Below, piece after piece: positions 12,434-26,128 of a DNA stretch of 48,642 nt. The stretch's first letter is position 1. Each line of letters opens with the position of its first letter. The stretch lies in the NCBI GenBank assembly GCA_010093705.1, contig MU006127.1, forward strand, positions 1 to 48,642, read 5' to 3'. The notes beneath the pieces were generated by a model. The model was not told where the DNA came from. It did not search any database and saw only the letters and a list, made by a program, of their open reading frames with translations. Origin of the DNA: Patellaria atrata CBS 101060. Taxonomy: Eukaryota. The translations under genes and the position numbers were made by a program.

Positions 12434-15400
12434 TTAGGCGAACCCGAAGTATTCGCTTCCGGCTGTGATAGCAATCAAGAGCTGTTGCCTTAATGTCTCG
12501 TAGCTGTCGTATTCAGGAAGATCAAGTTCTATACCATAAATTAGCCACTTGATACATCAACAATGTCAAAATACAATTTACTTACGATTGAAACAGGTGT
12601 GCGAACTTGGTAACCTGTCTTTATTACCGTAATCTCTATGAATATTGAACCGACTGAAGCCATTCATACCCTCAAGCTCTTTGAAGCCGTTCAAAGGGAC
12701 CTTGCTAGTGCCGGTAACGAATTGCAAGAGCTTCGCGCGCTCTTCTTTATCGAATGAACGTACCGCTCGCCAGAACCATTGAATTTGAGGGGAAGCTGCT
12801 GTATAATTGTGGTACTCGGTGTTGTTCTTCCAATCGTCGACATCGATATCTGGGAGTCCAGAAATCAAAAGTTCTAGCTCTTGTTCGTTGAAGATTGCGA
12901 CTAGTTCCGCGGGAACGATGTCATGGAAACCTGGCATATATTAGATTCGTCCTATAGATCGGACAATGTGTTCACTTACCCTTCAAGAAATGCTCTAGTT
13001 GCTCCTTGACAGATCCTGTCAATTTATATTCCACCACGAGACGAACGTACTCCTGCTTATTCTCCTCGGTCACTGGAATATTTCGTCCATTCTCTATGAG
13101 ATCGATGACCTTTGTCTCGCCGAATGCATCTGCTTCAATCGAGAATGTTTCCACAATCAGATCGGTAATGTCATTCTCGAGCATCCATAGTAAGGACTTG
13201 TAGTAATCCAGATCGAGCGTTTCCATGTCCTTTATACTGACAGGTTTACCTAGGATGCGCTTGTAAACCGCGCGGCTGAAATGACAATCCAATACACGCC
13301 CTTCGTAGAGCGCTTTGCCTATGATGCGTCCGATAAATTCGAAGGACTTCAAGTGATGCTCTGGATTGATCCAACTGAACGGATTGGGATGGAAAGTAGT
13401 GCGATCGGATGCAACGGGATTGAATAAAGCATAATCTGGGTTAAACATCTGTCGTGCAAGCACTTGAAACCATTCCCTTGTCACGCCACCGGCGTCAACA
13501 CCCTCTTCCCCTTGGAAGCGGATACTCAGTTTTCCATATTTGATCTCATCGCCACTCTTGAAATAAAGATGTTTGTAAGAGTCTGAAAAGACCTGGTCTC
13601 TGCGGACAGAAAGTTGGAGCGGAACATGAGCTTGTCTAACCTCAGTTCGCGAATGAAGCTTGCGATTGAAATAGTTCCGCTTGTTATCGAATTCAAGGAC
13701 CTTGGAGTTCTTAACTAAGAGCGAGAAGGAACCGCTCATGAGTTTGGGGTTATGGCGGACTAAGTCGTTCAAAATCTTCCGATGCTCTTCCGTGAAGGAA
13801 AAGAACATGTTCTCCATGCGCGACTCGGGCGGTGGACTAGTCAAGGCGAATTCCTTTTGGCTGTGCAAAGTCTTGCTCAAAGGCATATCTTTCAGAGTTG
13901 TGTTCTTGCACACAACCATAAGAGCTTCGATCAAAGGTAGTAGGATGGTGGCAACATTGAACATATTTCCTCTTTGACGGATTGCACTAAGGCATTCGCT
14001 GAGTTTGCTCCATAGTGGGCCAAAAGTAGAATTTTCATATAAAGCAGTGAGCATATCCGCCTTCTGGTCCGAAGGAATGGCTTCTGCTCGAGTTGAGCTG
14101 GGCTTGTCTTTAGTATCAACACGCTTTGGATCAAATAGATAATCAAGCGCCGTCAAAACACGAAGTAATTTAGCCTGGTCAGAGCTAGCAGGAGAAAATT
14201 TGGTGAGGGCCATGCCTTGAACATCGGTCCCAGACTTCGCTTGGGAGATTTGAGTGACCAATTCTGCGAGATCAGTGAGAATTGAGTGACCAAGCTCTTG
14301 TGCTTGCTTAATCAACTCCTTTCCAAATACTTCTTTTGCATCGGGCAGTGCCGACATATTATTGATCATTGAAAGCGTATCCCTGAATGTCTTGCTACTG
14401 CATTCTCGAGCTGCGAGGATGTTCACCACGAGACAGAGGTTGTTCTCCGGAACTTCTGGTGGTATTAACATGCGTGTCTTCTTGCTCTTTTCTTCCTCGC
14501 GAGGTTGCGAGCCTGCTTCTCCTTTGGATTCGAAGTTAGTGGGCTCGGTATTGACAATTGCATCTAAACCTTCAGTTATGTCAGTTGGAGCTGGAATAGC
14601 AGTCGAGGACGACGTTGCATTAGCTTCGGCTTCAGTTACACTCGGTTGAGTATCAGTACCAGCATCCTGGGATGACCGTGCTTCGCGTTCTCCTTCAGGA
14701 GATGGTTCCTTATCCTTCTTCAGTAGCATATTGAGCGGTTGAGTAATATTCTGAAGCAAGGACACGAGCTGTTCCATGACTGAAGAGTTTTCAATGATGA
14801 GTTTACGATCAAGAAGGTTCAAAAGAGCATTTATAGGATAGCGTGATGCTTTGCTCTCTTTTCCTTTGCCTTTACGCGATGATCGTGACTTGAATCCAAC
14901 ACCCGTCTCATGTTCAGTGAGGAAGAACGATGGGATATGAGTGGAATTACTGTAAGTCAGATGTGATAACATGCTCAAACACTGTTGAACAACCATGATC
15001 GGTGACATTTCGCTGCTTGTGGAAAGTTGCCCAGTTTGAGTTCGTTTAAGTGGTTGGGGTGTCTTCTGAGCTGCTGGATGCTTCGCTCGAAGAGAAAGCT
15101 GAGCGAAACTCCTCTCCACTGCGTTTATATCCGCACTGCCATCTTGCAGAATGGACAATAAAATGGATATCACTTCTGCACGATTTTGACGATTCTCGCA
15201 GACGTCTTTTAAGATACCCTGAAGACTCTTTTGAGCACTACCCTGCTGCGGTACGAATAAAAGCCGCAAAAGTGTTGCGACACCAGCTTTGTCAAGCATT
15301 TGGATGACAGGGCGGGGCTTCTTCTTTTCGCCGGACTCGTTTGAATCGTCATTTCGGTCAATACCACGGTTTCGGCCGGCTCGGGACACGTCCATAAATT

Positions 15401-18400
15401 GATTCAAACGTCGATCACGACCAAGTTGCCGTGCTTCAAGTACGATGTCTTCTGGGAGATGTTGAAGAATATCGTCATCTTGTTCTAATAGTACAGCCTG
15501 CCGGAGGTGTGGATCTAACGATGCCAGAAAGCTTGCAGGATCCATGTCTTCTGCTTGAGGAGGAGGAGCATTACCATTGGCAGCTTGCCTCCGGCGAGCT
15601 TCTTCCCGCTCACGTCGGCGACGATCGTGTGCTTCTTGCTGAAGTAATTCTTCCCGAATATCAGGTGGAAGTGCTTCAAGAAATTCTCGGCTGATATCTG
15701 TGGGCTCTTGTCCTGCTGCGGCAGCTTGTGAGCGTTGTTCAGATACCTGAGCCATTAAGACCTCCTCTCTAAGTTCTTCGGGTAAAGCTTCTAGATATTC
15801 GAGATCTATACCCATCCCAGTAATGTCAAGTTCTCGACCACGTAAAGTGGTAGTTATTCGAGGTGTAGATTCGGAAGGTCCAGCTTCATTGGTCTCTTCT
15901 GTAGCCACGTTCTGAGTAGATTCCACACCCTCCATCTGCTGCCCTTCTGTAGGCTCGACATCAGACACGGAAATACCCTCTTGACGCTCTCGGGCGCGAG
16001 CTGCTTCTTCGGCAGCCTCCCGTTCCTCCCGTTCTCTCTTTTCTTTTGCTTCACGTTCTTCCTTTTCCGCCTTTTCTTTCGCGGCTGCTGCTTCCGCCTC
16101 TTCTTTTGCCTTCCTATTTCTTTCTTGGCGCTCCACTTCACGTTGTTTGAAAGCTTCGATTGAAGGCGGCACCAAAAGTCGAAGAACAGAGTTTGTTACT
16201 CTCTGACTCTTCTCTAGATGATTAGTGCCAAATAGAAGCCGTGCTTCCTCCTGCCAACGGCTGTTTGTTGACGCAGGGATGAAGGCCACCGATTGTGACG
16301 GATGGCCCCGTGAAGCGTGTGTAGGTAGATCATTCGCGCGTCTGAACTCTCTACGTAGGCTCTCGAGAGGTGGGAATCCAGCCATGGGAAGGTTACCTAT
16401 AGATATGTGTAAGGCACCGTTCCCATGATGGCCGAAAAGAGCATGGATCCCTCCGCTACGCTCCACTTGATTGATGAGATCTCCGATAATGGAAACTGGA
16501 CCATGACCTCTAGCTCCTCCGAAAAGACGAGGATCAATAGCATGCACCCAATCACTCATCGCTTCAAGGCGTCCGCTGAGCGGAGTAGAAGGATGACGAC
16601 CGGATCGCTGAAGGAGTGGGTTTGTTCCATCGTCCACTCCGCGAGTAGTGGGTCCTGTTGGGCCTGTGGGTCGAAATCGACCTCCTATATGACGACCGGT
16701 TGGTGGAAACATGGACCACGGATTATGTCTATCATGATGGTGATGATGGTGATGGCCTCCTCGCAAGTTGTTAGGGTTCATGTCCGGGTCAAGACCCCAC
16801 ATACCGTGATGTATATCGTCATCGTCTTCTTCATATCCACCTTCAAAGACAAGATCGTCACCGTCATAGTCTTCCTCATCCTCCTCATCCTCTTCTTCGT
16901 CGGGCATCTCATCTTCCAGGTATACTTCACGATCTAAAGCCATGTCGAGATTACCACCTTCGAGCTGGGCGAGGAGACCTCGCGGAGTATTGTCCCCCAG
17001 TACTTCCATGATCTCGTCAATATGTTGATGTCCGGGAAGTCCTGCTCCATCCTCAATATTATCTTGACTAATGAAATCCTCATCGTCTTCATCCGCCCAA
17101 TCTTCCTCATTTCCGTCATCCAAACTGTCCCCATCTTCTTCACCGGGGATTCTATCCAGGAGCTCAATGTCGGCACTCGCATCTTCATCATCCTCATCTA
17201 CGTCTTCGTCACTCATGTCTCCCTCTTCATCGTCATCTTGATCGCTCAGATCCTCATCGTCTTCCATGACTACTTCAACGTCCATCCCAACATCCCCAGA
17301 TAGTCCCTCGATAGGACCCATGCCTTCAATCTCTTCGTCTTCATCGCTAACGACGTCTTCGTCGGCATGAACGTCATCTTCTTCGTAATCCATTTCCTCA
17401 CCATATTCGTCCCCATACATGTCTTCATCATCATCGTCATCCGACGTCTCAGAATCAGACTCCTCATTTCTCCCGGGATCTAAAAGGCCCAGGGTGGAAT
17501 TTCGGAAAAGGTCTGGGGTTTCTTCCCGGCCTTCATTAAAATCAGAAACTGATGACGCAGTGGATATTTCGTCACCGTCAGTTGTCAGGCCAGGAACGGT
17601 CGAACTATCCGAAGAGACGCTTAGTTCTATGGCGGTTTGCGTAAGCGCTTTCAACGGGCGGAGTATGTACTTGACAGCACGCTTCGAGTTTGGAAAATTC
17701 AAGTCAATATCGGCAATTGAATTTGTTAGTGCGCCGATAAAATTCTTTTCGTACATAATCTTAGCGAGCTGTTTTTGCGAAGTGTAGTACACCTCGTGGC
17801 TATGGGGAGATGTGTCATTGGGATTAAGCTTGCCCATCAACGCTTTCGTGAATAGATCAGCAAGAGTCAATAACCTAGAGTATTTCATGTCGAGAGGCTC
17901 CGTTGAGGAATTAGCATCTTTAAATGCTTTAAGGGCGTGCTCCAGTACAAATTTCCGCACATAGAAGAGTTCTGGGTCCCCCTCATTGTTGATGGTCTCT
18001 GACACATCCGATTTATGCTCACTGGTCTTATCCGTAAGTGCAACGACGACTGCTGTTGCCCATCCTGAGGTTGCAAGTTTCTTCTTAAAGCTAAGATCCC
18101 CGTCGTGATTGAGAGAGCCGACGGGTAGCAAGGAAGTTAAAAGATAGTTGAGCACTCCAGATCGGGGTTTCGAAGGGGTAGTAGCCTGAGGGTCCGCCTT
18201 CCTAGAAAAATTGATGAATTCTACTTTCGTACGATTGTAGGAAGAGAGTAGTTCAGTAAGACATTGTAGAATAAAACATCTATATATGTATATCGGATGT
18301 TGATCTGCTTTGAAGTCTGATCGTTCGGTCTTCTTTTGTTCTGAAGTAGAATCGCTTTCAGAAGGCGGGACGGAGACATTGTCAGCATTCGTCATTTCTA

Positions 18401-21400
18401 TATCGACATTGTTAGAAGTGTTCGACGGTGTTTGATCTAGCTGTTCTTTATCTTCCACATCCTTGTAAGCGAGTAACTCGCAAAGGAGATAATGGATGAC
18501 ACCATCAGGATTCTCCACAACCGGGTGTTTGAGATCTCCATGCTTTGGTTTATCTTCTTGTTCTGTCTTTTGCTCTGTAGATGGCTTAGCCTCATCCGCT
18601 TCGTTACCAGTGCTTATAACACCTGTCCCATCGGCAGATTCGACGCGCTGCTGCAAATTTGAATCATCAATCTCAGTATCCTTTTTCTTCAATGCAAGTG
18701 TTTGGGGTCGCTGGTTAGGATCATAGCGCGGGATCTCAAGTTTCTCGTTCGTGACCTCGACAAAAATGTCAGGAGAGCGAAGCACTAAATGATACATTTG
18801 TCGAATGTAGCTCGATGTGTCTATGGAACGACGCTGTTGCTGCTCAAACATAATCTGCACCTCGGTGCGCATAATATGACGAAGGGTATCATCATCTTCG
18901 ACAATATGTCTCAATATGAGCATGAAAGAGCTTTGAAGCCGCTCGGTTGTACTTCCGGCAAGCTGTTTGATCATCAGGAAGAGCCTCTGGATATTCCGTT
19001 TCTCACCAAACCGGGATGATATTTGTCTGTTACGGGTGAGAATGACAAGGACACGAACAATTGAGAGAGCGAGGGATGCATCTTTTCCAATTCGAGGTAA
19101 TACTTCGACTACGGCGTCAAAAAGCTGAAGCTTTTCCTCCTGAGAGATCACAGATTCAGGAACATCAATTGCAGATGTATCCTCCAGTAGCACTTCATTG
19201 GTAGGGGGGGGAATCCAATGGATTTGTTGAGGTTGCACATCTTCCGCTAATAGACGCTCCACGATGAGCAGTACGTGTCCTATCCATGGCGATGAGGTCT
19301 CCGGTTTATCGCTTGAGGTCACCCGGATAAAACTGATTAAAGAACCAAAGGAATCTTTCAGTTGCTCCAACGCAGCTTCATAGAATGGTTTATTCTGAAT
19401 TATAAGAGCCAATAAATGAGCGTATGATGATATTTTCTTGCTATCCGGATTGGTGTCTTCGTCTACCTGCAGGGAGATCAGGGACTGTACTAAGGTCTCT
19501 CCAATGTCGGATCGCATGCTCGCAGAATCTGAAGCCTTGCTAACCGCCGCGGTAATGAGATCAGTGAGCTCGAAAGTCACATTATCATGCACATTAAGAA
19601 CGTCAAGCGCTCGCTCGATCAAATTCGATCGGATCTGAGATCGCTGTGCATCCAAGTCGTCAACTGTAATCACATCTGAAAGCTTGCTCGCTTCTGTTCC
19701 GTTTTCGGCAATAGGTACAGCCTGGCGGTCCAGAAAACTGCCAGTATTGAGAAGCATAGTGAGAGCGTCACCATTATTGGAAATGAGAGGAATCGGAGGT
19801 ACGAAATCATCCGTGGACGCGTCGTCCGTAGATGGAGCTTGCTCATCGGAAGGCTGGAGGTCTCTGGTTTGCGACGAAGTAGTTTCATCTGCTCCGAGAG
19901 CATCATCAGTGACTGGAGGCTGTGCCGTACGGACGTTGTTTGGACTTGAGTCGTTCAATCGTGATTGCATTGGAAGCATATTTTCAGGTATCGGGTTTCG
20001 TGGCAGTCCAGGTTCGCGCTTGTAAGCAACGCAGTAATCTCGAGCAGTATTCAGTGTGTCAGAGCATCGATACAATGCTTCCCTCGCAAGGTCTTCGGGG
20101 TAACCTTCATCTTTGAGCTTCTGTAAGTCCCCTTGGTTACGTAGTTTCCAAGTGCGCCATGTAGGCTTTGAGCGTTGAGGAACTTTGTCTGAAGATCGAT
20201 ATGCGCCTTGCTCTGTGTCACTTTCTAGAACCGTTCGAAGTATCTCAATGGTAGTCTTTACGATGGATGTTGTAGCCTTGTCCATCAAAGGTGACTCCCA
20301 AAGCTTTTGTACGGGAGTGATAACGGCCATACGAAGTTCAACGAGAAATTGAGCTGGTATGAAGACCTCCGAACGATCTCGTTCCTGGTTAGTTCTGGAT
20401 TGCATTGCCTGGGTTTGGGTCGATTCATTGACAACCTTTGATGAAATTATCTGCGAGTAAAAACTCAGGATAATCTTAATACCTCCAAAAGCTAGATTTG
20501 TCAGTCCCTCTTTATCAGCTTCGGGCTGTTGATTATCATCTTGTGAATTGAGGGCTTCAGCCTTTTGGAAAAAGGTCTCAAGGATCTCCGATAATACTTC
20601 AAGTCCTCCCTGGGTTTTGAAGGCTTGTAAAACTAACGTCAATAGGCTAACTGGCTGAGAATAGCCACGTTCCCCTGAAAGTTCTGTTCGTATCAGCGGG
20701 GACTTGACAAACTCATTTTTAAGGGGAAACATACTATCTATCATAACTTGAGAAATCGAGCTTAAGGTGACAATTAAGTAGGCATAACGATCTCTGTCAG
20801 AAGCAGCATTCTTCGCTATCAAAAAACGAAGATGATCAAGAACTACCCGGGAGAGTTGTTCAGCCACAATTGTCGCATTCTGCTTCTGGTACGAGTCGCC
20901 GGTCCTCCGTAGTAGTAAGAGCTTCCCAAGAGCTTGGAAAAAAGGAGTGATGGTAGTTGGTACCTGGCTAAGGAGATAACGGAGAGTTCGGGTATTCTTG
21001 AATTGGGCTGAGGATTTGTCAACGTCCGAAGTGGCAGATGGTTGCATTGCAGTCGAACTATTTCCACCTGAGGACGGTTGAGTGTTCTCTGAGCCTAGTG
21101 GGTCAGTTTCATCTGCAGCTGACAAAGAAATTCCGAGCACATTGTCAGCTTCTTCCGTGCCAAAGCCAAAAGGTCGCCGGATCCTCGTTGCACTCTCCCA
21201 GTTGGGGGACATACTCCGTTGTAGTAGAATCTCCTCCCATACACATCGTCGCTGAAGCTGCCCTAAGCTCTCAATGAGCCGAGCATACAAGTCCGCTAGA
21301 TTAACCTGAGTGAACAGGTTTTGATGGGACCGGTGAGTGAAAGCTTGGTGCTGAAAAGTGTGAGCTAGCGCTTGACAGAGAGTGTGGACTGTCACGAGAG

Positions 21401-24400
21401 CTTTGACAAAAGTAGTGCCCTTATCCACAATCCTGCGAGCCGACTCATTCAACTGATCGTAATTAACCCCGTTAGTGAACATAGAGAAGAAAGCAGACTC
21501 CTCGTTGTGGTTGAACACAGAATCTAGGTGATCCAAAGCGTTCTGCGCCCGCTTTATAATCAATGGTAAAGCAAGTTGTGGCTTTTGTTCGACTAGCATT
21601 GAGATGACTCGACTGATTTCATCCCCAGGGCCATTGACCTGATCTTGAAAATCGTACGGTAGACATGGTAAAGATGCGTAACCGAGTAGATCCTCAAGCC
21701 CACCAGCCTCTATAAAGGAGGAACAAAGGTTGTTTGAAAAGAATCCCCCTAAAAATCGACAGACTACGTTAATATACTGCACGGTTGTAGGGGATCCTTC
21801 GGCTGATTCAGTCTCAACCACTTCATCAATTATCACCTGGGACTCTATCAGAGGATTACTGAGGGTCGATGAATCTGCGTCTTGCATGGTCACATCCTTA
21901 GGATCATACTTCTCAGAAGATTCCATTTGAAGTCGCTTTTCCTTGTGGATTGGGCCTTCCAGACCGCTCAATGAAGATCGACCGCCGGCGACACAAACAA
22001 TACCGTCGCTCTTTTGATACCACAACTTTGCCCCGACACCTTGGTTAATAGCTTTAGAAAAGCACAGACTGCCGACACGTTGGATCATTGTACGGACAGC
22101 GCGCAAGATCGATGATTTGAGCTCAGGATGATGTCTCACCAACTCATCGAAGGAGCCGCCTAACGCGTTTGGTCCATCGAGCTCTTGTTCCAAAATCTTG
22201 ACGTGATCAGGGCTCTCGAAGATCTCAAAGAAACTGGCCAGTGCACCAGAGTCCTTGAATAGGCGCATACCGGCAGTGTTCAAGCAAATTGCACCGAAAG
22301 CTTGAGGAATAACGCTCATAGTTTCTCCATTAGGGAGTATACCACGAGCCAAATCCCGAGATGAACCTGGGTCAGAATCACTGGGTTGCTGGTCATAGCT
22401 CACGGTCGCAGCTTCTCCGGCGCTACGCATTTCGCCATCATTAGTGTCCAAACTCATATTCTGTTCGGAGGTTGATTCCTCCATGTTGGATATCGACTTC
22501 TGAGTTACCGCTTCCAGAAAGGCTGTGCTGAGTCCAGCTTCGGCAATAACGGCATAACTTGTTGGTTCATTATGTATGAAATTGCTAAGTATGGCTACTG
22601 ACGAGCTCCAGACATTTGAGCCAAATATCCTAGCGTTACTGAGAACGATGCGAAGGGCCTTAAGAAGCTGTGGCGAATCGATTAGATTTCGCAAGAGCCG
22701 GTCGAAATTTCCCCCACTGTGAGACATCATATGGATCATGAACTTGAAGAGCCATCGGAGTGTCTGCTGCTGATGATAGGGAATCTGGTAGTCCGTGAGC
22801 TGGGTCTTGTATTCATCGGGCATGCCTTGACTAGCTTGGGCGCGAGAATGCGAAGTCTCGACCTCGAATGCGGTCAGATCAGCGACGATGTCAAGACCCT
22901 TCGCATTAACCAGAGATTGGAAAGCGTCCTTGATATTGAAGATATGGAGATCCAGAAAATTTAGAACCTTAGGATATGTTTGCTCTGCTTTACTAGTCCG
23001 GAATTTGAGAATCTCAATTAAGATATCGATCAACCCTGCCGAAATCATAGCCTCCCCTGTGCGCTGAGGTGAGTTGGGGAGACTGTTGAGTAAAGAGAAC
23101 AAAGCTTCTCTCCAATCATCCTTGTTATTGATATCCGCATGATCACCGGCGTTTTCGTTATCATTCTCCAGTTCCGCAACAGCTTTACGAAGAACGTAAA
23201 ATAAAACACCATGATTGACATTGACACTAAGCGCAGCACACACATCAAGCATTCTTGACTTGTGCTTGAGCAAGGCGTCCAAGGTTGTGAGTGCTAAAGC
23301 CTGGACGTTTCGGGAAACGGTAGAATTGCTATTGCCGGGAGGATGAACCAACTCAGCAAGTTGGTAAGCAAGTTGAAACCGCCGTGGTTCCTCGGAGTCC
23401 TGTTGCAAGATCTTCGTTCGAAAGGTTTCTTCGCCATATATATACGCAAGATTTGATATAGCAAGCAATCGGATAGAAACGAGATCTTCTCTGGTTGGTG
23501 CTCCTGAAGTTAAAGCTTGTGCACTCCGTATCCTATGCAGTAATTCATACCTGGAAGTGGTCGGGACCTGAGAGATATATGACGCCACTAACTCATAAAC
23601 TGGAGTGCTAAGAATCATTTCGGGTGTTATCTCGAGGGATTTCGGACCAGCAGATCGCGCATTATCAGATCCCTTCGCTGTCGCTGAGGGCGGAGTATTC
23701 GGAGATTCATTTAACGAGGAACGACCTTGGCGTGATAATTGATGTGGGCTAAGGTTTGAGGTGCGGCGAACAGGGGTCGGTGTCGTCGGGAAAAAATTGT
23801 CAGGTCCAGTCTGGGAACCTGATCCAATTGTAGAATCCGCTAGCGTAGATTCATAATAGGATAACTGGACATTACCAAAGTCAGCCCAAACGGTGTCTGG
23901 GTAGACCTTCTCCTTGACTAATGAAACTAGGTCAGTTGGACGGATTGGGTCTTGCAAACCACCTGCAGACATGTGCGTCACTTTGTCTTTCCCTTTACCA
24001 AGAGGAGTGGCGCCGGAGGGATTAACAACTGAGGCCTTACTGAATGGAGATGCCAGTTTCTGGACATTATCCAAGTTGATGTTGTAGTGATTAGCCAGCA
24101 GAATTGATGGAACATGCGTAGTTGTCATACGATTCCGTTGACCGTGATATCGTTGCGCAAGTCTTAAGGTCAGACGAAGTGTTGCGTTCAACAGAGAGAG
24201 TGACGTTGTATTGAGGAGATCATTAAGGTGGCTGCTGCTGGAATACAAACTTCGGTTCCCACAATTTTCGTATAGGATCTTGGTAAAAGAAAGAATACTC
24301 TCGACAAGGTCTCTATCTCCTTCCTCTTGGAATCCGAGTTTCATCAAGATATCCAGAGAAACGAATTCATTCGAACCAGTACCGTTGTGATCACCATCGC

Positions 24401-24727
24401 CTTTCTGTAAAAGCTTCCTGCTGAAGGGTTGGGCTTGAGGGCCGCTATTCAGTCCATATTCGATGTTGAACAGCTCAAGTATATGATCAAACCTATTGAG
24501 AACGGGAATCCAATGATACATATCGCCCCGAGGAAAAGGCCATCTCCGAGGGAATGACGATAAATGTGATGGTAATTGGTGTAGAGGAATCTCAAGCGCG
24601 AATTGAATAAACTCAGCTAGGGCGGGAGACTAAAGATGTAAGCATTGAAACGTAAGCTGGAATTCTGATAGCACGATACCAAAGTAGCCTCATGCCTTGA
24701 TGTGGCAGTTTTCTTGATTTTCCCCAT
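12434..24727 (-). CDS. TOM1: HECT-domain E3 ubiquitin ligase Tom1/HUWE1; exons 24727-24680, 24629-20735, 20683-12980, 12930-12586, 12528-12434
   Basis: About 4,000 aa. Starts MGKIKK...[22 protein letters not shown]-like segment, long acidic tract, UBM-like repeats ([23 protein letters not shown]). HECT domain with [27 protein letters not shown], catalytic LPSSHTCFN, and C-terminus QLDLPEY...GSEYFGFA* (stop 12434-12436). Confidence 0.97.
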
Positions 24728-25750
24728 CGTGACAAGATTCACAAATCAACTCCTTCCACCAACTCTAGATGTTGCGGCCAGCTAGAAACGATTTGTTGTC
24801 CGCATGTGATGGGCCAACTGGAGATGTAGAGCGTCAAACTGGGCCGTCTGGGAATGGGGGGTGGTGTCCAATACGAAATTTAGTTGGTGGGGCAAAGAGT
24901 GCGGCAGAAGCTGAAGAGGAGCTCTACTTAGCTGATAGTAGAAGGTTAGGTGATTGAATCGTGCCTTGATTGGATTCAAAAGCTGCGATTTATGAAAGAC
25001 ATGCGTAAATTTGAAAACGACTAAGAGGTCAACGGTGCAGGCGCTTTCCCTAGGTCGTATATGAAGAAGTGGAATTTAGGCGGAGCTTGCAGCTTGGGTA
25101 TAAAGAGTGAGAAGTTTTAGGTATGTGTGCGATGTAGGAAAGAAAGAAGTGGCGATGGTGGGTGTGAGGTCGTTCAAGAATAAGTTCGCGGTTGACAAGG
25201 TCAACTCAGAAGCTTGAGAAACATTGCCGCGAGCGCCAAGCATCGCCGTTAGGCAATCGTCATTCTCACTCCGCTAATAACCCGTACATTTCAACCAGAA
25301 CACGACTCTTTCACATAAGTCGATATTTCTACGTTATAGAGTAGTAATGTTGTTACATATTGGTTACTATTGATTCAAAAAAGAATATTTCCAGCACATG
25401 AACGAGGTGCCGCTCGAAGGAAAGAGCCCAAAGATTTGGAGGTTTTCCCCTTAGGTGCTTCTACATTATCAGTTGAATGATTTGCGGATATATAATAAGC
25501 TATCTAGACATCTCCGACTGACGGTTCTCATATTGCTTCCTGAAAAGAGATCCAGAATTACCAGTTTAACCCTGAGTAACAGCATGCCCGATACCAAACT
25601 TCCAGGATATAGTTATGCATCGACAACACACCGTGAACTAGATAATAGCCTATCATTCGGAGATAATATGACGCTTCGCCCACATCTTCTATGAAGAAGC
25701 TGCCGGGATAATGGTTGATCTGAAAGAGTGGCAATGTTTTCCCACAAAAC

Positions 25751-26128
25751 TCAAAGTGAGGAAGATCCATTAACTGGATGTCCATTGCTCTTCGCGGATG
25801 CTTCCTCTTCAGCCAGTCGCAATGTCTCCTCTAGAACAAGTAGATCTCTTTCCATAAGTTCGGCCCAGTTCTGCGCATCCCCAATCTCATTGAGTCGCTT
25901 GGTGCTTGTATCTACAAGCTTTGTCCACTGCGCAGTCTGCTTTGCTAACGCCGCAGTCTGTTTCGCCAGCTCCTTCTCTTGTTTCGCAATTGCTGCAGAA
26001 TTCGAATGAAGGTCGGAGGCTCTGGTACGAATTTCGGCGTCTACTGAGTGACCAACTGAGGAGAGGGATGCGATGACCGCAGCGCGAGCTTCGGCTGTGC
26101 GCTGGGTGCTATTGTTGTCGGAGGGCAT
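25751..26128 (-). CDS. BLOC-1/BORC subunit 1 (GCN5L1/BLOC1S1 family)
   Basis: 125-aa coiled-coil protein with the family signature LNEIGDAQNWAELMERDLLVLEETL; intronless. Confidence 0.85.
   Translation of the reverse strand: MPSDNNSTQRTAEARAAVIASLSSVGHSVDAEIRTRASDLHSNSAAIAKQEKELAKQTAALAKQTAQWTKLVDTSTKRLNEIGDAQNWAELMERDLLVLEETLRLAEEEASAKSNGHPVNGSSSL

Noticed and set aside
12999..23248. Many short alternative-frame and antisense ORFs within TOM1, including hydrophobic-looking ones at 16425-17303
   Set aside because: They are by-products of the Asp/Glu/His-rich codon runs on the opposite strand.
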